The notes beneath the pieces are model-generated. The model was given only the letters and a program-made list of their open reading frames with translations. It was not told the origin of the DNA and did not search any database. The position numbers were made by a program, and so were the translations under genes. A stretch of DNA of 64,000 bases, taken from an uncultured Gemmatimonadales bacterium. GTDB taxonomy: Bacteria > Gemmatimonadota > Gemmatimonadetes > Longimicrobiales > RSA9. Positions 1 through 15,791 of this stretch are shown piece by piece. The stretch is taken from the NCBI GenBank assembly GCA_963798085.1, contig CAWCRS010000009.1, positions 224,001-288,000 of the forward strand. The letters run 5' to 3'. Within the stretch, counting starts at the first letter, position 1, and each line of letters opens with the position of its first letter.

Positions 1-3508
<3,508 letters not shown>

Positions 3509-3521
3509 TTCCGGAGACTGC

Positions 3522-5453
<1,932 letters not shown>

Positions 5454-5622
5454 TCCACGAAACTAGCTTGCCCGCCTCGCGCCGGTCAATGATTCAGCCC
5501 TCGCCGGCGGCAGCGCGTGTCCATTCCGGCAGGCATGGGCCGCACGCCCGCCGCCATCCGCTGCAACGGCTTGCGCGCCGACGCCGTCACACAAGCAACG
5601 ACACCCGTGAGCGAGGCGAAGC

Positions 5623-6774
5623 GTGACACGACATGGCCGGCACACGCTGACTTTGCTGTTTGTGATTCTCGTGAGCGCCTGCAGTGGCGCGGTGCACGAT
5701 GCCGCCGACAGGGCCGAGGTTCCGCATCGCACGGGCTCACAGGAGCTGCTCATTGGCGATGAGGCTTCAGGCGATACGGTGACGTTCGCCCGCATCTCGG
5801 GAATCGCCACCGACTCGCAGGGCCGGATCTTCGTCGCCGATGTGCAGGATGACGTGATACGCGTGTTCGCGCCCGACGGCCGCCTGCTGTTCCACTTCGG
5901 GCGCAACGGCGGCGGTCCCGGTGAATTCAGCGGCGTGTGCTGCCTGGGCATTGATGCGCAGGGCCGGCTCTGGGCGCGGGACGGTGGCAACGGCCGCTAC
6001 GACGTGTTCGCGTTGCGCACCGACAGCGCCGCGCCGCTCTTCACCGTACGCATGGCGAATCTCGATCAGAACTACTGGGCGCCCGTCCAGTTCGATTCCG
6101 CCGGCCGCCTGGTCGACACCGGCCACAGCGTGCGCGACAGCCATCCTGATCTCATGCATTTCCACCTTGACACCGCAGGCGTCGTGCGGGACTCCGTCCG
6201 TATACCGGCGGTGCCATTCGACAGCCTGGGCGTGAAGACGGTGAATCTCAAGGTGAGCGGCGGCGTGGCCACGCGGTTCCTGTATCCGCCGTACGGCCCG
6301 AACGATCTGGTGGCGCACGGCCCGCTGGGCCAGTACGCACGCGCGGTGTCTTCGTCCTACCGCGTGTCCTGGTTCGACGCGCAGGGCAGGCTGATACGCG
6401 TCATAGAACAGCCGCACCAGGAAGGTCCGCTGCTGGATGCGGACGAGCGTGCCCGCGCCGAGAAGCAGGTTGCCGATGCGGCCAAGCGCTTCAGCCTGTC
6501 CGCCGGCGATCGCTTCGCCGTGCCCGCGCGCAAGCAGCCGCTCGCCGGCCTCTGGTTCGATGAGCACGGCCGCGTGTGGGTACAGCGCAGCACGTCTGCG
6601 AAGCTGCCCCGCCAGGCCAATGTCTGGGACCGCGACGGTAACCTCGTGTTTACGGCTGAATGGCCCGCAGGCACGGACCTCGGCTATACCTCGACGATCG
6701 GCGATCCCGTGGCGCTCGCCGTCGCCGCGGACTCCCTCGGCGTGCAGCGCGTCGTCCGCCTGCGCTGGCGGTGA
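5623..6774 (+). CDS. Six-bladed beta-propeller (NHL-like) putative lipoprotein
   Basis: Signal peptide ending VSAC; IATDSQGRIFVAD..IRVFAPDG..FGRNGGGPGEF repeats. Confidence 0.8.
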   Translation: MTRHGRHTLTLLFVILVSACSGAVHDAADRAEVPHRTGSQELLIGDEASGDTVTFARISGIATDSQGRIFVADVQDDVIRVFAPDGRLLFHFGRNGGGPGEFSGVCCLGIDAQGRLWARDGGNGRYDVFALRTDSAAPLFTVRMANLDQNYWAPVQFDSAGRLVDTGHSVRDSHPDLMHFHLDTAGVVRDSVRIPAVPFDSLGVKTVNLKVSGGVATRFLYPPYGPNDLVAHGPLGQYARAVSSSYRVSWFDAQGRLIRVIEQPHQEGPLLDADERARAEKQVADAAKRFSLSAGDRFAVPARKQPLAGLWFDEHGRVWVQRSTSAKLPRQANVWDRDGNLVFTAEWPAGTDLGYTSTIGDPVALAVAADSLGVQRVVRLRWR

Positions 6775-6861
6775 GGCCAAGGCCGCCGTAACCGGTCGTT
6801 AGAACGAAGACCGGCGAGGCGCCGCTCCGGACGGGCTCGCGGACTCCATGAGTCCCGCCCG

Positions 6862-9543
6862 TCACTCCATGCGCAGTGTGTGCAGCGGATCCACTCTCGC
6901 GGCGCGCAGCGCGGGCGCCAGCGCGGCCATCAGCGCGATGCCCAGCAGCAGCACGACCACGGCAACGCACGTCAACGGATCCATCGGGCGCACGCCGTAG
7001 ACCAGTCCCTCCAGGCTGGCGGACAGCAGTGCTGCCAGCAGCAGTCCGCCGGCCAGGCCAATGCCGGCGAGCACTGCCGCCTCTCCCAGGATGCCGCCCA
7101 CCACCTGCCGGGCGCGCGCGCCCAGCGCCATGCGTACGCCGATCTCGCGACTGCGCGCCGCCACCGACCACGCGATCACGCCGTAGACACCCACCGCCGC
7201 CAGGAACAGCGCCACGGCCGCGAACACGCTGAGCAGCAGCATCGTGAAGTGACGCGTCCCCAGCGAAGCCGACAGCACCTGCTCCATGGACTGCGAGTTC
7301 TCGATGGCCACGCCACGTTCCAGCTCGTGGATGGCCGGCTGCAGCGCTGCGCTGACGGCCGCCGGTGCGACTGTCGTCTTCACGACCAGCGTCATCGAGC
7401 GGAACGACGTGTAGGCGCTGCGGAAGCCCTGCGCGTGCGGTACGTACCAGACCGGGCGTGTCTCACGATCCAGACCGTAGTGGCGCACGTCGCGTGCGAT
7501 GCCCACGATCTCCATCCACGGACTGCCGGGCACGAAGGCCCGCATGCGTCTGCCGATGGGGTCTTCGCCCGGGAACAGCGCCTTCGCCATCGCTTCGCTG
7601 ATGATCACGACGAACGGCGAGTTGGCTCCATCCCGATCGTTGAACGCGCGGCCGCGCACGAGCTGCAGGCCCATGACGCGGAAGTAGTCGGGTGTTATCT
7701 GCTCGATGTCCGCGGCCGGCGCTTCGCCCACCGTAGCCGCCTCGCGGCCCTCGATCTGCAGCGACCAGGTACTGATGCCCTGCGTGAGCGGCAGGTTCGA
7801 AATGGCCGCCGCCGCCGTGACACCGGGCAGGGCGGCGGTGCGCTGCAGCAGCTGCTGATAGAACCCGACCAGCTCGGGCGGCGGCTGGTAGCGCGCGCCG
7901 GGCGGCGTCAGGCGCAGGGTCAGCACGTGGTCCGTCTGAATGCCCGGATCCACGCCGTAGAGATTGGCGAGGGTGCGCAGCAGCACGCCCGCCCCCAGCA
8001 CCAGTGCCACCGCCAGTGCCAGCTGCAGCACGACGAGCCCGCGCCGGCCCGCCTGTCGGGCGCGACCGCCAATGCGCCCGGTGCCGCCTTCCTTCATCGC
8101 CTCCGCCGGATCCGTCCTGGCGGCGCCCAGTGCGGGCAGCGTGCCGAACGCCAGACCGGTGAGCAGCACCAGCCCGGAGGAAAAGACGAGCACCACGGGG
8201 TTGATGCCGATGACCTCGAGGCGAGGAATCGATGCCGGAGCGAGCTCGCGCAGCGCGCGCACGCCCAGCCACGCCAGCAGCAGGCCGAGTCCGCCGCCCG
8301 CCGCCGCCAGCCAGCCGCTCTCCGCAAGCGTCAGCCGCACGAGGCGGCCGGAACGGGCGCCCAGCGCCGCGCGCACCGCCAGCTCGCGGCGCTTCGCTTC
8401 GCCGCGCGCTAACAGCAGATTCGCAACGTTGACGCAGGCAATGGCCAGCACCAGAGCCACCGCGCCCAGCAGCACCAGCAAGGCGCCGCGCACCCGGCCC
8501 ACGACGCTCTCGCGCAGCGTGCGCGCCCGCACGCGGTAACCCCATTGCTGGTAGAACTCCGGATAGGTCTTTGCCGAACTCGCGGCCAGCGCGTCCAGGC
8601 GGGCACCGGCCCGCTCGACGCTGACACCCGCCTGCAGCCGGGCGACCACCTCGAGATGATGATTGTTGCGCGCCCACGGATTTACCGTGTCCAGCTGCAG
8701 CGGCACCCACGCCTGCACTTCGGGATCCGGAAACACGAAGCCTCGCGGCATCACACCCACCACCACGACCGGGCGGTCGTTCAGGCGCACAGTCCTGCCG
8801 ATCGCATCGCTGCTGCCGCCGAACAGCTGCTGCCACAGCGACCAGGAGATCACGGCTACGCGCGGCGCGCCGCGCGTGTCTTCCTCGCGCGTGAACACGC
8901 GTCCCAGCACCGGCTTCACGCCCAGCACCGGCATCAGATCGGCGGCGGCCAGCAGCGTCTCGATGCGGCGTGGCTCGGCCGAGTCACCCAGGATGGGCTC
9001 GGCCCAGTCGTACGCGGCCACACCCTGCAGCACATCGTTCAGCCGCCGGAAATCGAGATACTCCGGCTCCGAGTTGCTGAACCAGTTGCCGTCCCGGCCG
9101 CCCGCATTCAGCGTCACCAGCCGCTCGGCGTGCGCGTAGGGCAGGGGGTGCAGCAGCACACCATCCACAACGCTGAAGATCGCCGTGGTCGCGCCCACGC
9201 CGAACGCCAGCGTCAGCACCGCAAGAAAGCTGAGCAGCGGCGTCGCCAGGACGCGACGCAGACCGTACCGGACATCGTCGCCTGCCGTGCCGTTCATCCG
9301 TGTTTTCCGCGGTGTCCCGCGCCTCCGCATGGGTTCCGCCTGCCGCACCGAACGCCGCAGTCGCAGCGGATGCGAGCGCAGCAGCTCGCTCCAGTACCAG
9401 AGTCCCGCGCGCCAGGCGCCCCGCGCCGCACGCTCCGCGGCATGACGCTCGGCCAGGTCGCCCAGAAACGGCTCGCGCAGCTCCGCCGGTAACAGCCGTG
9501 TCAGCAGCCAGCGGGCGCCCGCCGGCGGTCGCTCACGAGCCAT
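6862..9543 (-). CDS. Duplicated orphan ABC permease (ADOP-like) with N-terminal helical prefix domain
   Basis: Starts MARERPPAGARWLL..FLGDLAE..WYW; then [55 protein letters not shown]; start overlaps the PadR stop. Confidence 0.9.
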   Translation of the reverse strand: MARERPPAGARWLLTRLLPAELREPFLGDLAERHAAERAARGAWRAGLWYWSELLRSHPLRLRRSVRQAEPMRRRGTPRKTRMNGTAGDDVRYGLRRVLATPLLSFLAVLTLAFGVGATTAIFSVVDGVLLHPLPYAHAERLVTLNAGGRDGNWFSNSEPEYLDFRRLNDVLQGVAAYDWAEPILGDSAEPRRIETLLAAADLMPVLGVKPVLGRVFTREEDTRGAPRVAVISWSLWQQLFGGSSDAIGRTVRLNDRPVVVVGVMPRGFVFPDPEVQAWVPLQLDTVNPWARNNHHLEVVARLQAGVSVERAGARLDALAASSAKTYPEFYQQWGYRVRARTLRESVVGRVRGALLVLLGAVALVLAIACVNVANLLLARGEAKRRELAVRAALGARSGRLVRLTLAESGWLAAAGGGLGLLLAWLGVRALRELAPASIPRLEVIGINPVVLVFSSGLVLLTGLAFGTLPALGAARTDPAEAMKEGGTGRIGGRARQAGRRGLVVLQLALAVALVLGAGVLLRTLANLYGVDPGIQTDHVLTLRLTPPGARYQPPPELVGFYQQLLQRTAALPGVTAAAAISNLPLTQGISTWSLQIEGREAATVGEAPAADIEQITPDYFRVMGLQLVRGRAFNDRDGANSPFVVIISEAMAKALFPGEDPIGRRMRAFVPGSPWMEIVGIARDVRHYGLDRETRPVWYVPHAQGFRSAYTSFRSMTLVVKTTVAPAAVSAALQPAIHELERGVAIENSQSMEQVLSASLGTRHFTMLLLSVFAAVALFLAAVGVYGVIAWSVAARSREIGVRMALGARARQVVGGILGEAAVLAGIGLAGGLLLAALLSASLEGLVYGVRPMDPLTCVAVVVLLLGIALMAALAPALRAARVDPLHTLRME

Positions 9544-9874
9544 GGGAGCCGGACGCCGCAGCGCCCCCCGGCGCCAGCCCATCCCACATGCGGGCCAGCG
9601 TCTCCCGCGCCGAGCGCAGCGCCGTGATGCCCGCGCGCTCCACCCGGTAGTGCCGCCGCGGCTTGCCACCCCGCACGGGCGTCGGATCACCCAGCCACGA
9701 GCTGACCAGCCCCTTGTTCTCCAGCCGCATCAGCGTGACGTAGACCGTGCCCAGCGAAATCCGCCGCTTCGCCCGCACTGCCAGCTCCCGCTGTATGGCC
9801 GCGCCATACGCCTCGCCCTCGAGACGCAGCACCGCCAGCATGATCAGCTGCTCGAGTTCGCCCAGTGACGGCAT
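9533..9874 (-). CDS. PadR-family transcriptional regulator
   Basis: LGELEQLIMLAVL..AYGAAI..GTVYVTLMRLENKGLVSS..RGGKPRRHY. Confidence 0.93.
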   Translation of the reverse strand: MPSLGELEQLIMLAVLRLEGEAYGAAIQRELAVRAKRRISLGTVYVTLMRLENKGLVSSWLGDPTPVRGGKPRRHYRVERAGITALRSARETLARMWDGLAPGGAAASGSHGS

Positions 9875-9952
9875 GGTTGTCCTGGCTCCGTGTTAGTAGT
9901 GGAAACTGCGTTGCCCCGGCAACCAGCCCCGGCAACACAGTTCTCCAAGACA

Positions 9953-12656
9953 CTATTCCGACCTCAGCGTCCGCGCCGGTTCCGTGGCAGCCGCGCGCCA
10001 GCCGGGGACCAGGCAGGCCAGTACAGCGACGATCAGCGTGCCCGCGAACACTGCTGTCAGCGTCGCCGGATCGCCCGGCTTCACGCCGAAGAGCAGGGTG
10101 CGCAGCAGCCGGCTGGCGGCCAGCGCGCCCGCCACGCCCAGTACGGCGCCCCCGAGGCCCAGCCACACGCCCTCGCGCAGCACCATGAGCAACACAGCGC
10201 GCGGGCGCGCGCCCAGCGCCAGCCGGATGCCGATCTCGCGCCGCCGGTGATTCACCGCCCACGAGAGAATGCCGTAAATGCCAATGGCCGCAAGCGTGAG
10301 CGCCAGCCCGGCAAATACGGCAAGCACGAACATGACCAGGCGAGGCGGATCGGCGGGGGCGGCCAGCACGTGCTGCAGTGGCTGCGCATCCGCCAGCGGC
10401 AGCGTCGGATCGATGCGGTGGACTTCTGCGCTCAGTGTGCGCAGCAGCGAAGCGGCATCGCCCGCGCCCCGCACGTAGAGGTGCATTCTGAGGAATGGGA
10501 ACTGCCGGAACGTGAAGAAGACCGCTGGCTCGGGAGCGCTCGCTAATGACGTGTTCATGACGTCGCGCACCACACCGATGATCTGGTGGTCGCGCGCGGG
10601 CTTGATGCGCTGACCCAGTGGGCCAATGGCGACCGTCACAATGTCGATGTGCCGGCCAATGGGGTCCTGATCCGCGAAATACCGCCTCGCCAGCGCTTCG
10701 TTGATCACCACCACGGAGGGGCGCGTGCTGTCGTCCTGCGCCTCGAACGTGCGACCACGCACCAGCGGCACACGCAGCGCCTCGAACCAGCCTTCATCCA
10801 CCGTGTGAAACTGCGCTTCGGGTTCCTTGCCCTCCACGACGGGTTCACCCGGCAGCAGGAACGTCGAGCGCCAGCCCGGCTGCAGCGGCAGGAAATTCGA
10901 GGTGGCCGCCGCGCCGATCTGCGGCTGCTGGCGCAGATTCGTGAGCAGCGCGTCGTAGAAGCGCACTACCGCGCCCCAGTCCTTGTAGGTGCCGCCCGGC
11001 AGTGAGAGATCGGCTGTCGCCACCGAGGTCGGGATCGAGACCCGAATTCACGTGCAGCATGCTCGCCACGCTGCGGATCAGCAGCGACGCGCCCGAGAGC
11101 AGCATCACGGCGAGCGCGACTTCCGCCGCCACCAGCAGACTGCGCATGCGGCCGCCCGCGCCGCCGCTGCCCGCGCCGCGCGAGGCGCGCAACGCGTTGC
11201 GCATGTGCGTGCGCGAGAGCACGAACGCGGGCGCCAGACCGAAGGCCAGCGCCGTCGCCACCGAGAGCAGCAGCGCGAAACCCAGCACGCTCGCGTTGAC
11301 ACCCACCTGCTCCGCGCGCGGAATCTCGACCGGCGTCCACGCCAGGAAAGCGCGTACGCCGCCCACGGCCACCAGCGTGCCCAGCAGCGCGCCCGCCCCG
11401 GCCAGCAGCAGGCTCTCGATGAGCAGCTGGCCCAGCAGGCGCAGCCGGCTGGCGCCCAGCGCCGAGCGCACCGCCACCTCCGTGGTCCGCGCCGTGGCCC
11501 TCGCCAACAGCAGGTTAGCCACGTTGATGCACGCGATCAGCAGCAGCAGGCCGGCCGCGCCCAGCAGCACCAGCAGCGCCGGCCGGAACACGCCCGTCAC
11601 CTCGACGTCCAGCGGCGTGGCGCGCACGCCCCGGCCCAGGTTGCTGTCGCGATACTCCCGCTCCAGCCGCGTGCCCAGCGCCGCCAGCTCCGCGTTGGCC
11701 CGCTCCAGCGTCACGCCCGGCCGCAGCCGCGCCACTGCCTGCATGAAGTGCGCGTAGCGTGAGTGCGCGGCCAGATTCCAGCTCAGCCGCCGCCAGACGT
11801 CGGTCGTTTCGGGGAACTGGAAGCCCGGCGGCATCACGCCCACGATCGTGAAGGGCCGGCCGTTCAGCCGCACCGTGCGGCCCAGCACCGTCTGCGCGCC
11901 CGCGAACCGCGTCCGCCAGAGGCGATGGCTGATCACCACTTCGCTCTCGTTGCCGTACAGCGTCGAATCGCGCGGGAACGCACGCCCCACGGCCGGATGC
12001 ACGCCCAGCACGTCGAAGAAATTCTCCGAAACCTCGATCGTCGAGACGCGGATGGGCTCGCCCGCGTCATCCGCCAGGTTGTACTCGGGACGCCACCACG
12101 CCGCGGCATCCTCGAACACGCGGTCCAGCCCGCGATAGTCGAGGAAATTCACCGGCGAGATCGGCTCGTGCGTCAGCGACTTCGGCCGGTTCGTCTCCCA
12201 CAGCATCACCAGCCGGTCCGGCTGCGCGAACGGCAGCGGCCGCAGCACCACGCCCTCTACCACGCTGAACACCGCGGTTCCGGCTCCCGTGCCCAGACCC
12301 AGGGTCAACACCGCCGCCGCCGTGAACGCCGGTGTTCGCAGCAGCCCGCGCATGCCCTGTCGCGTGTCCCGCCACACCGCATCCAGCAGTCGATCCGCCA
12401 TGCTCCGCCTCCGCCGTGGGTCCGGTTCGCGATTCCCGCCCGCCGCCAGCGCCGCCTGACGCGTCGCCCGGCGCAGCGCCAGCGGCCGCGATCGCAGCAC
12501 CTCCAGCCAGTACCACGCGTGCGCCGCCCGCCGCCCGCGCTCCCGCAGCACCACCGCGTAGCGCTCCGCCAGGTCGCCCGTGAACGACGCCCGCAACGAC
12601 TCCGGCAGCCACTGCTCGATCAGCCATCGCGCCATGCCTGGCGGTGTGCCGCGCAC
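9953..12656 (-). CDS. Duplicated orphan ABC permease (ADOP-like) with prefix domain, frameshift near 11030
   Basis: ORFs 10845..12656 and 9953..11023 join into one full permease ([32 protein letters not shown]). Confidence 0.88.
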
Positions 12657-12911
12657 GTCGATTGCCTCCGTCCGTGGTGCGTATGACGATTATTTTGACA
12701 TCGTCGATTATACCAAGGGTTGCATCCCGCCACCACGCTGGCCCTTGCACGCACTGCGCCACGCCCGTTCCTTGGTGTGGGCGACGACGTGGCCTCCGGG
12801 TTCCGGCGCCGGCCGCAGGCGGCGCCTCGGTCCGCCATCGGGCGAGGGAGCGACGGTGGGGCAGGCCAATGTCCGGCCGCCGCGCGATCACACGCACAAC
12901 GGATGGGCGAG

Positions 12912-13514
12912 ATGAGCCGTTACGATTTCCTGATCGATACCTACGACACGGAGCGCATCAAGACGTTGAGCATCTGGTCGCAGTTCGACGATGCGGACCT
13001 GGAGTTCCGGCCCGAGCCGCGTGCGCGCACGCCGCACGAGCACATGGTGCACCAGTGCGTGGGCGAGGACCTGTGGATGCGCAGCATGCTGGGCATCGAG
13101 CTGAGCGAACCGGCGCTGCCGCAGGCGGAGGGGCGCCTCGACTTCATTCGCCGCTACGCACGCTCCTCGGCGCAGCGCGCGGAGCAGCTGCGTCGCATGA
13201 CGTACGCGTGGTGGGAGCAGACCACGCAGTTCTTCGACGTGGAGCGTTCGCGTGCGTGGGTGCTGACGCGGCGCATCGCGCACACCGCGCATCATCGCGG
13301 GCAGCTGACCACGTACCTGCGCCTGCTGGGGCGGGACCTGTACTCGACGTACGGCCCGACCGCGGACACGGGCGGTCTGCTGCAGAACCAGGCGCACGTC
13401 ATCTACCGCTACGCATCGATCGACGAGCTGCTGCAAGCGGAAGCGACGGGTGGTCGTCATCGGCCGTTGCCCGGTCCGGGCGCGAAGAACCCGACCGAAC
13501 GCCCGCGCGGCTGA
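12912..13514 (+). CDS. DinB/YfiT-family protein
   Basis: TPHEHMVHQC and RIAHTAHHRGQLTTYLRLLG..YGPTAD His-triad pattern. Confidence 0.88.
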   Translation: MSRYDFLIDTYDTERIKTLSIWSQFDDADLEFRPEPRARTPHEHMVHQCVGEDLWMRSMLGIELSEPALPQAEGRLDFIRRYARSSAQRAEQLRRMTYAWWEQTTQFFDVERSRAWVLTRRIAHTAHHRGQLTTYLRLLGRDLYSTYGPTADTGGLLQNQAHVIYRYASIDELLQAEATGGRHRPLPGPGAKNPTERPRG

Positions 13515-13551
13515 CGCGCTGCGCTCCTTACACGGAATCGAGGCGACCGTC

Positions 13552-15198
13552 CTGGCCCGCACGCCGCTGTTCCGACTGGTGCGCCGCGCACTGGCGCAGG
13601 CGGGCGCGGCCAACCGTGCGGATCGGACGACGGCCGAATTCCTGGAGCAGCAGCGCGCGCAGGCGCTTGCGCCCATCACGCGCCGTCGCTTCGTCGGCAT
13701 CTCCGCGGCGGGTGCGGCCGCGACACTGGCCGGCTGCGCCACGACAGGGGCGGGCCGCGCGCCACGTTCGGACCCCGTGCTCATTGTCGGCGCCGGCATT
13801 GCCGGGCTGACGGCTGCGCAGCGACTGCGCCAGGCCGGTGTTCCGGTGCGCGTATTCGAAGCACAGAATCGCGTGGGCGGGCGCATGTTCAGCCTGCGCG
13901 ACTTCTTCGCCGACGGGCAGGTGTGCGAGCTGGGCGGCGAGCTGATCGACACGAACCACGCGCACATCCGCGCGCTCGCCGCCGAGCTGGAGCTGCCGCT
14001 CGATGATCTGTCGCAGGAGGCGCCGGATGTGGCCACGGACTTCTGGTATTTCGGCGGCGCGCGGCGCACGGAGATCGAGCTGGTCGATGGCTTCCGCCCC
14101 ATGGCCGCGCGCCTGGCCGCCGATAATGATACGTTAGGCGGCGACGTCACCTGGCGTACCCCCGTGCATGCCGCCGCCCTGGACCGGCTCACCATTGACG
14201 AGTGGCTGGAGCGCAACGACGTGAACGGCTGGCTGCGCGACCTCTTCCGCGTCGCCTACACGACCGAGTACGGCCTGGAGACGGACCAGCAGTCCGCGCT
14301 CAACCTGCTGCTGCTGATCGACAGCGATCCCTCGCCGTTCCGCATCTTCGGCGAGAGCGATGAGCGCTTCCACGTGCGCGGCGGCAATGACAGCATACCG
14401 CGCCGGCTCGCGGAACGGCTCGAGGACGCCATCGAGCCGGCCACCGTGCTGGAGGCCGTGCGCGTGCGTGCCGGTGGCGACATCGTGTGCAGCTTCAAGC
14501 GGAACAGCGGCGGCTTCGACGCGGCCTCGCCGGATGTCATTCTCGCGCTGCCGTTCACGTTGTTGCGTCAGGTGCGCATCGATGCCGTGCTGCCTCCCGC
14601 CAAGCGCCGCGTCATCGACGAGCTGGGCTACGGCACCAACGCCAAACTCATGGTTGGGTTTTCCAGCCGGCTCTGGCGCGAGCGCTATCGCTCGAACGGC
14701 AGCGTCTTCAGTGATCTGCCCTTCCAGCTGACCTGGGAGACCAGTCGCGCACAGCCGGGCGCGGCCGGCATCCTCACGAATTTCACGGGCGGGCATCACG
14801 GTGAGGAGCTGGGCGCCGGCACACCCGCCGCGCGTGCCGCCGACCTGGTGCGCGACCTCGAGCACGTGTTCCCCGGCATCGCGGCGCAGCGCGCGGGCAT
14901 GCGGGAAGTGCGCATGCACTGGCCCACGCATCCGTGGACGCAGGGCAGCTACTCCTGTTATCGGCCGGGACAGTGGACCGCGTTCCGCGGGATCGAAGGG
15001 GAGCCCGTGGGCCGGCTGTATTTCGCAGGTGAACACTGTTCGCTCGCGGCGCAGGGATTCATGGAAGGCGGGTGCGAGACGGGTGAACGTGTGGCGCGGG
15101 AAGTGTTGCGCGCGCGTGGCAGACGCGTGGGTGCAAAGTCTCGGCGAGGCCTGCTGCTGGCCGGCACGCGGGCAGTAATGGGGCGAGTCACAGCTTGA
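13552..15198 (+). CDS. Flavin monoamine oxidase family protein, putative Tat-exported lipoprotein (start uncertain)
   Basis: TRRRFV..LAGC; IVGAGIAGLTAA..FEAQNRVGGR; ELGGELID; LYFAGEH..QGFMEG. Confidence 0.88.
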   Translation: MARTPLFRLVRRALAQAGAANRADRTTAEFLEQQRAQALAPITRRRFVGISAAGAAATLAGCATTGAGRAPRSDPVLIVGAGIAGLTAAQRLRQAGVPVRVFEAQNRVGGRMFSLRDFFADGQVCELGGELIDTNHAHIRALAAELELPLDDLSQEAPDVATDFWYFGGARRTEIELVDGFRPMAARLAADNDTLGGDVTWRTPVHAAALDRLTIDEWLERNDVNGWLRDLFRVAYTTEYGLETDQQSALNLLLLIDSDPSPFRIFGESDERFHVRGGNDSIPRRLAERLEDAIEPATVLEAVRVRAGGDIVCSFKRNSGGFDAASPDVILALPFTLLRQVRIDAVLPPAKRRVIDELGYGTNAKLMVGFSSRLWRERYRSNGSVFSDLPFQLTWETSRAQPGAAGILTNFTGGHHGEELGAGTPAARAADLVRDLEHVFPGIAAQRAGMREVRMHWPTHPWTQGSYSCYRPGQWTAFRGIEGEPVGRLYFAGEHCSLAAQGFMEGGCETGERVAREVLRARGRRVGAKSRRGLLLAGTRAVMGRVTA

Positions 15199-15230
15199 CG
15201 CGCCCGGCTCGACCCGGTATCCATCGGCTC

Positions 15231-15677
15231 ATGCTGAACGCACGGGTTCGCTGGCGTGCACGCTGTCTGCGCATGGCACTGGGTGCGGCCTTCCTGGTCC
15301 GCCCCCTCGTCATGCAGCCGTTCATGATGGCGGACAATGCCGCCGCCATGGCGGGCGGCAGCATGGCACGGCATGCGGGCACGATGCCGGGCATGGATCC
15401 GATGCGCGCGCCCGCCGCAACACCGGCGGCGCACGAGCACGACGGCTCGGACCACGGTCAGAGTCACGACCACGGCGGCGGCGACTGCTGCTGCCCCGCA
15501 TGCGTCGGCGCCTGCGCCCTGCTGGCGCCCGAAAACGCAGTCGATACCGCCGCGCGCGTTCCGTTCGCGCGTATCGTTGTTACGCCTGTCGGTCGCGCCA
15601 CGGGCCGCCGGCTGCCTCGCCGGGCGATTCGCTACCTGCTCCCTCTCGCCATTGGTCCCCCAGCGCTCCACGCCTGA
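15231..15677 (+). CDS. His/Met/Cys-rich small protein, DUF2946-like leader ORF (start uncertain)
   Basis: Hydrophobic N-terminus, HEHDGSDHGQSHDH, CCCPACVGAC, C-terminal YLLPLAIGPP; directly upstream of a TonB receptor. Confidence 0.65.
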   Translation: MLNARVRWRARCLRMALGAAFLVRPLVMQPFMMADNAAAMAGGSMARHAGTMPGMDPMRAPAATPAAHEHDGSDHGQSHDHGGGDCCCPACVGACALLAPENAVDTAARVPFARIVVTPVGRATGRRLPRRAIRYLLPLAIGPPALHA

Positions 15678-15791
15678 TCACGACTGAGGGGACGCCTCCC
15701 GCGTCCGCCTGTGCCGGCGGTCGTTTCCGTCGTGCACACAACAGTGATTTTCGAGCAATAAAATGTCGCCTCGAACAGCGTGGAGATCAGC

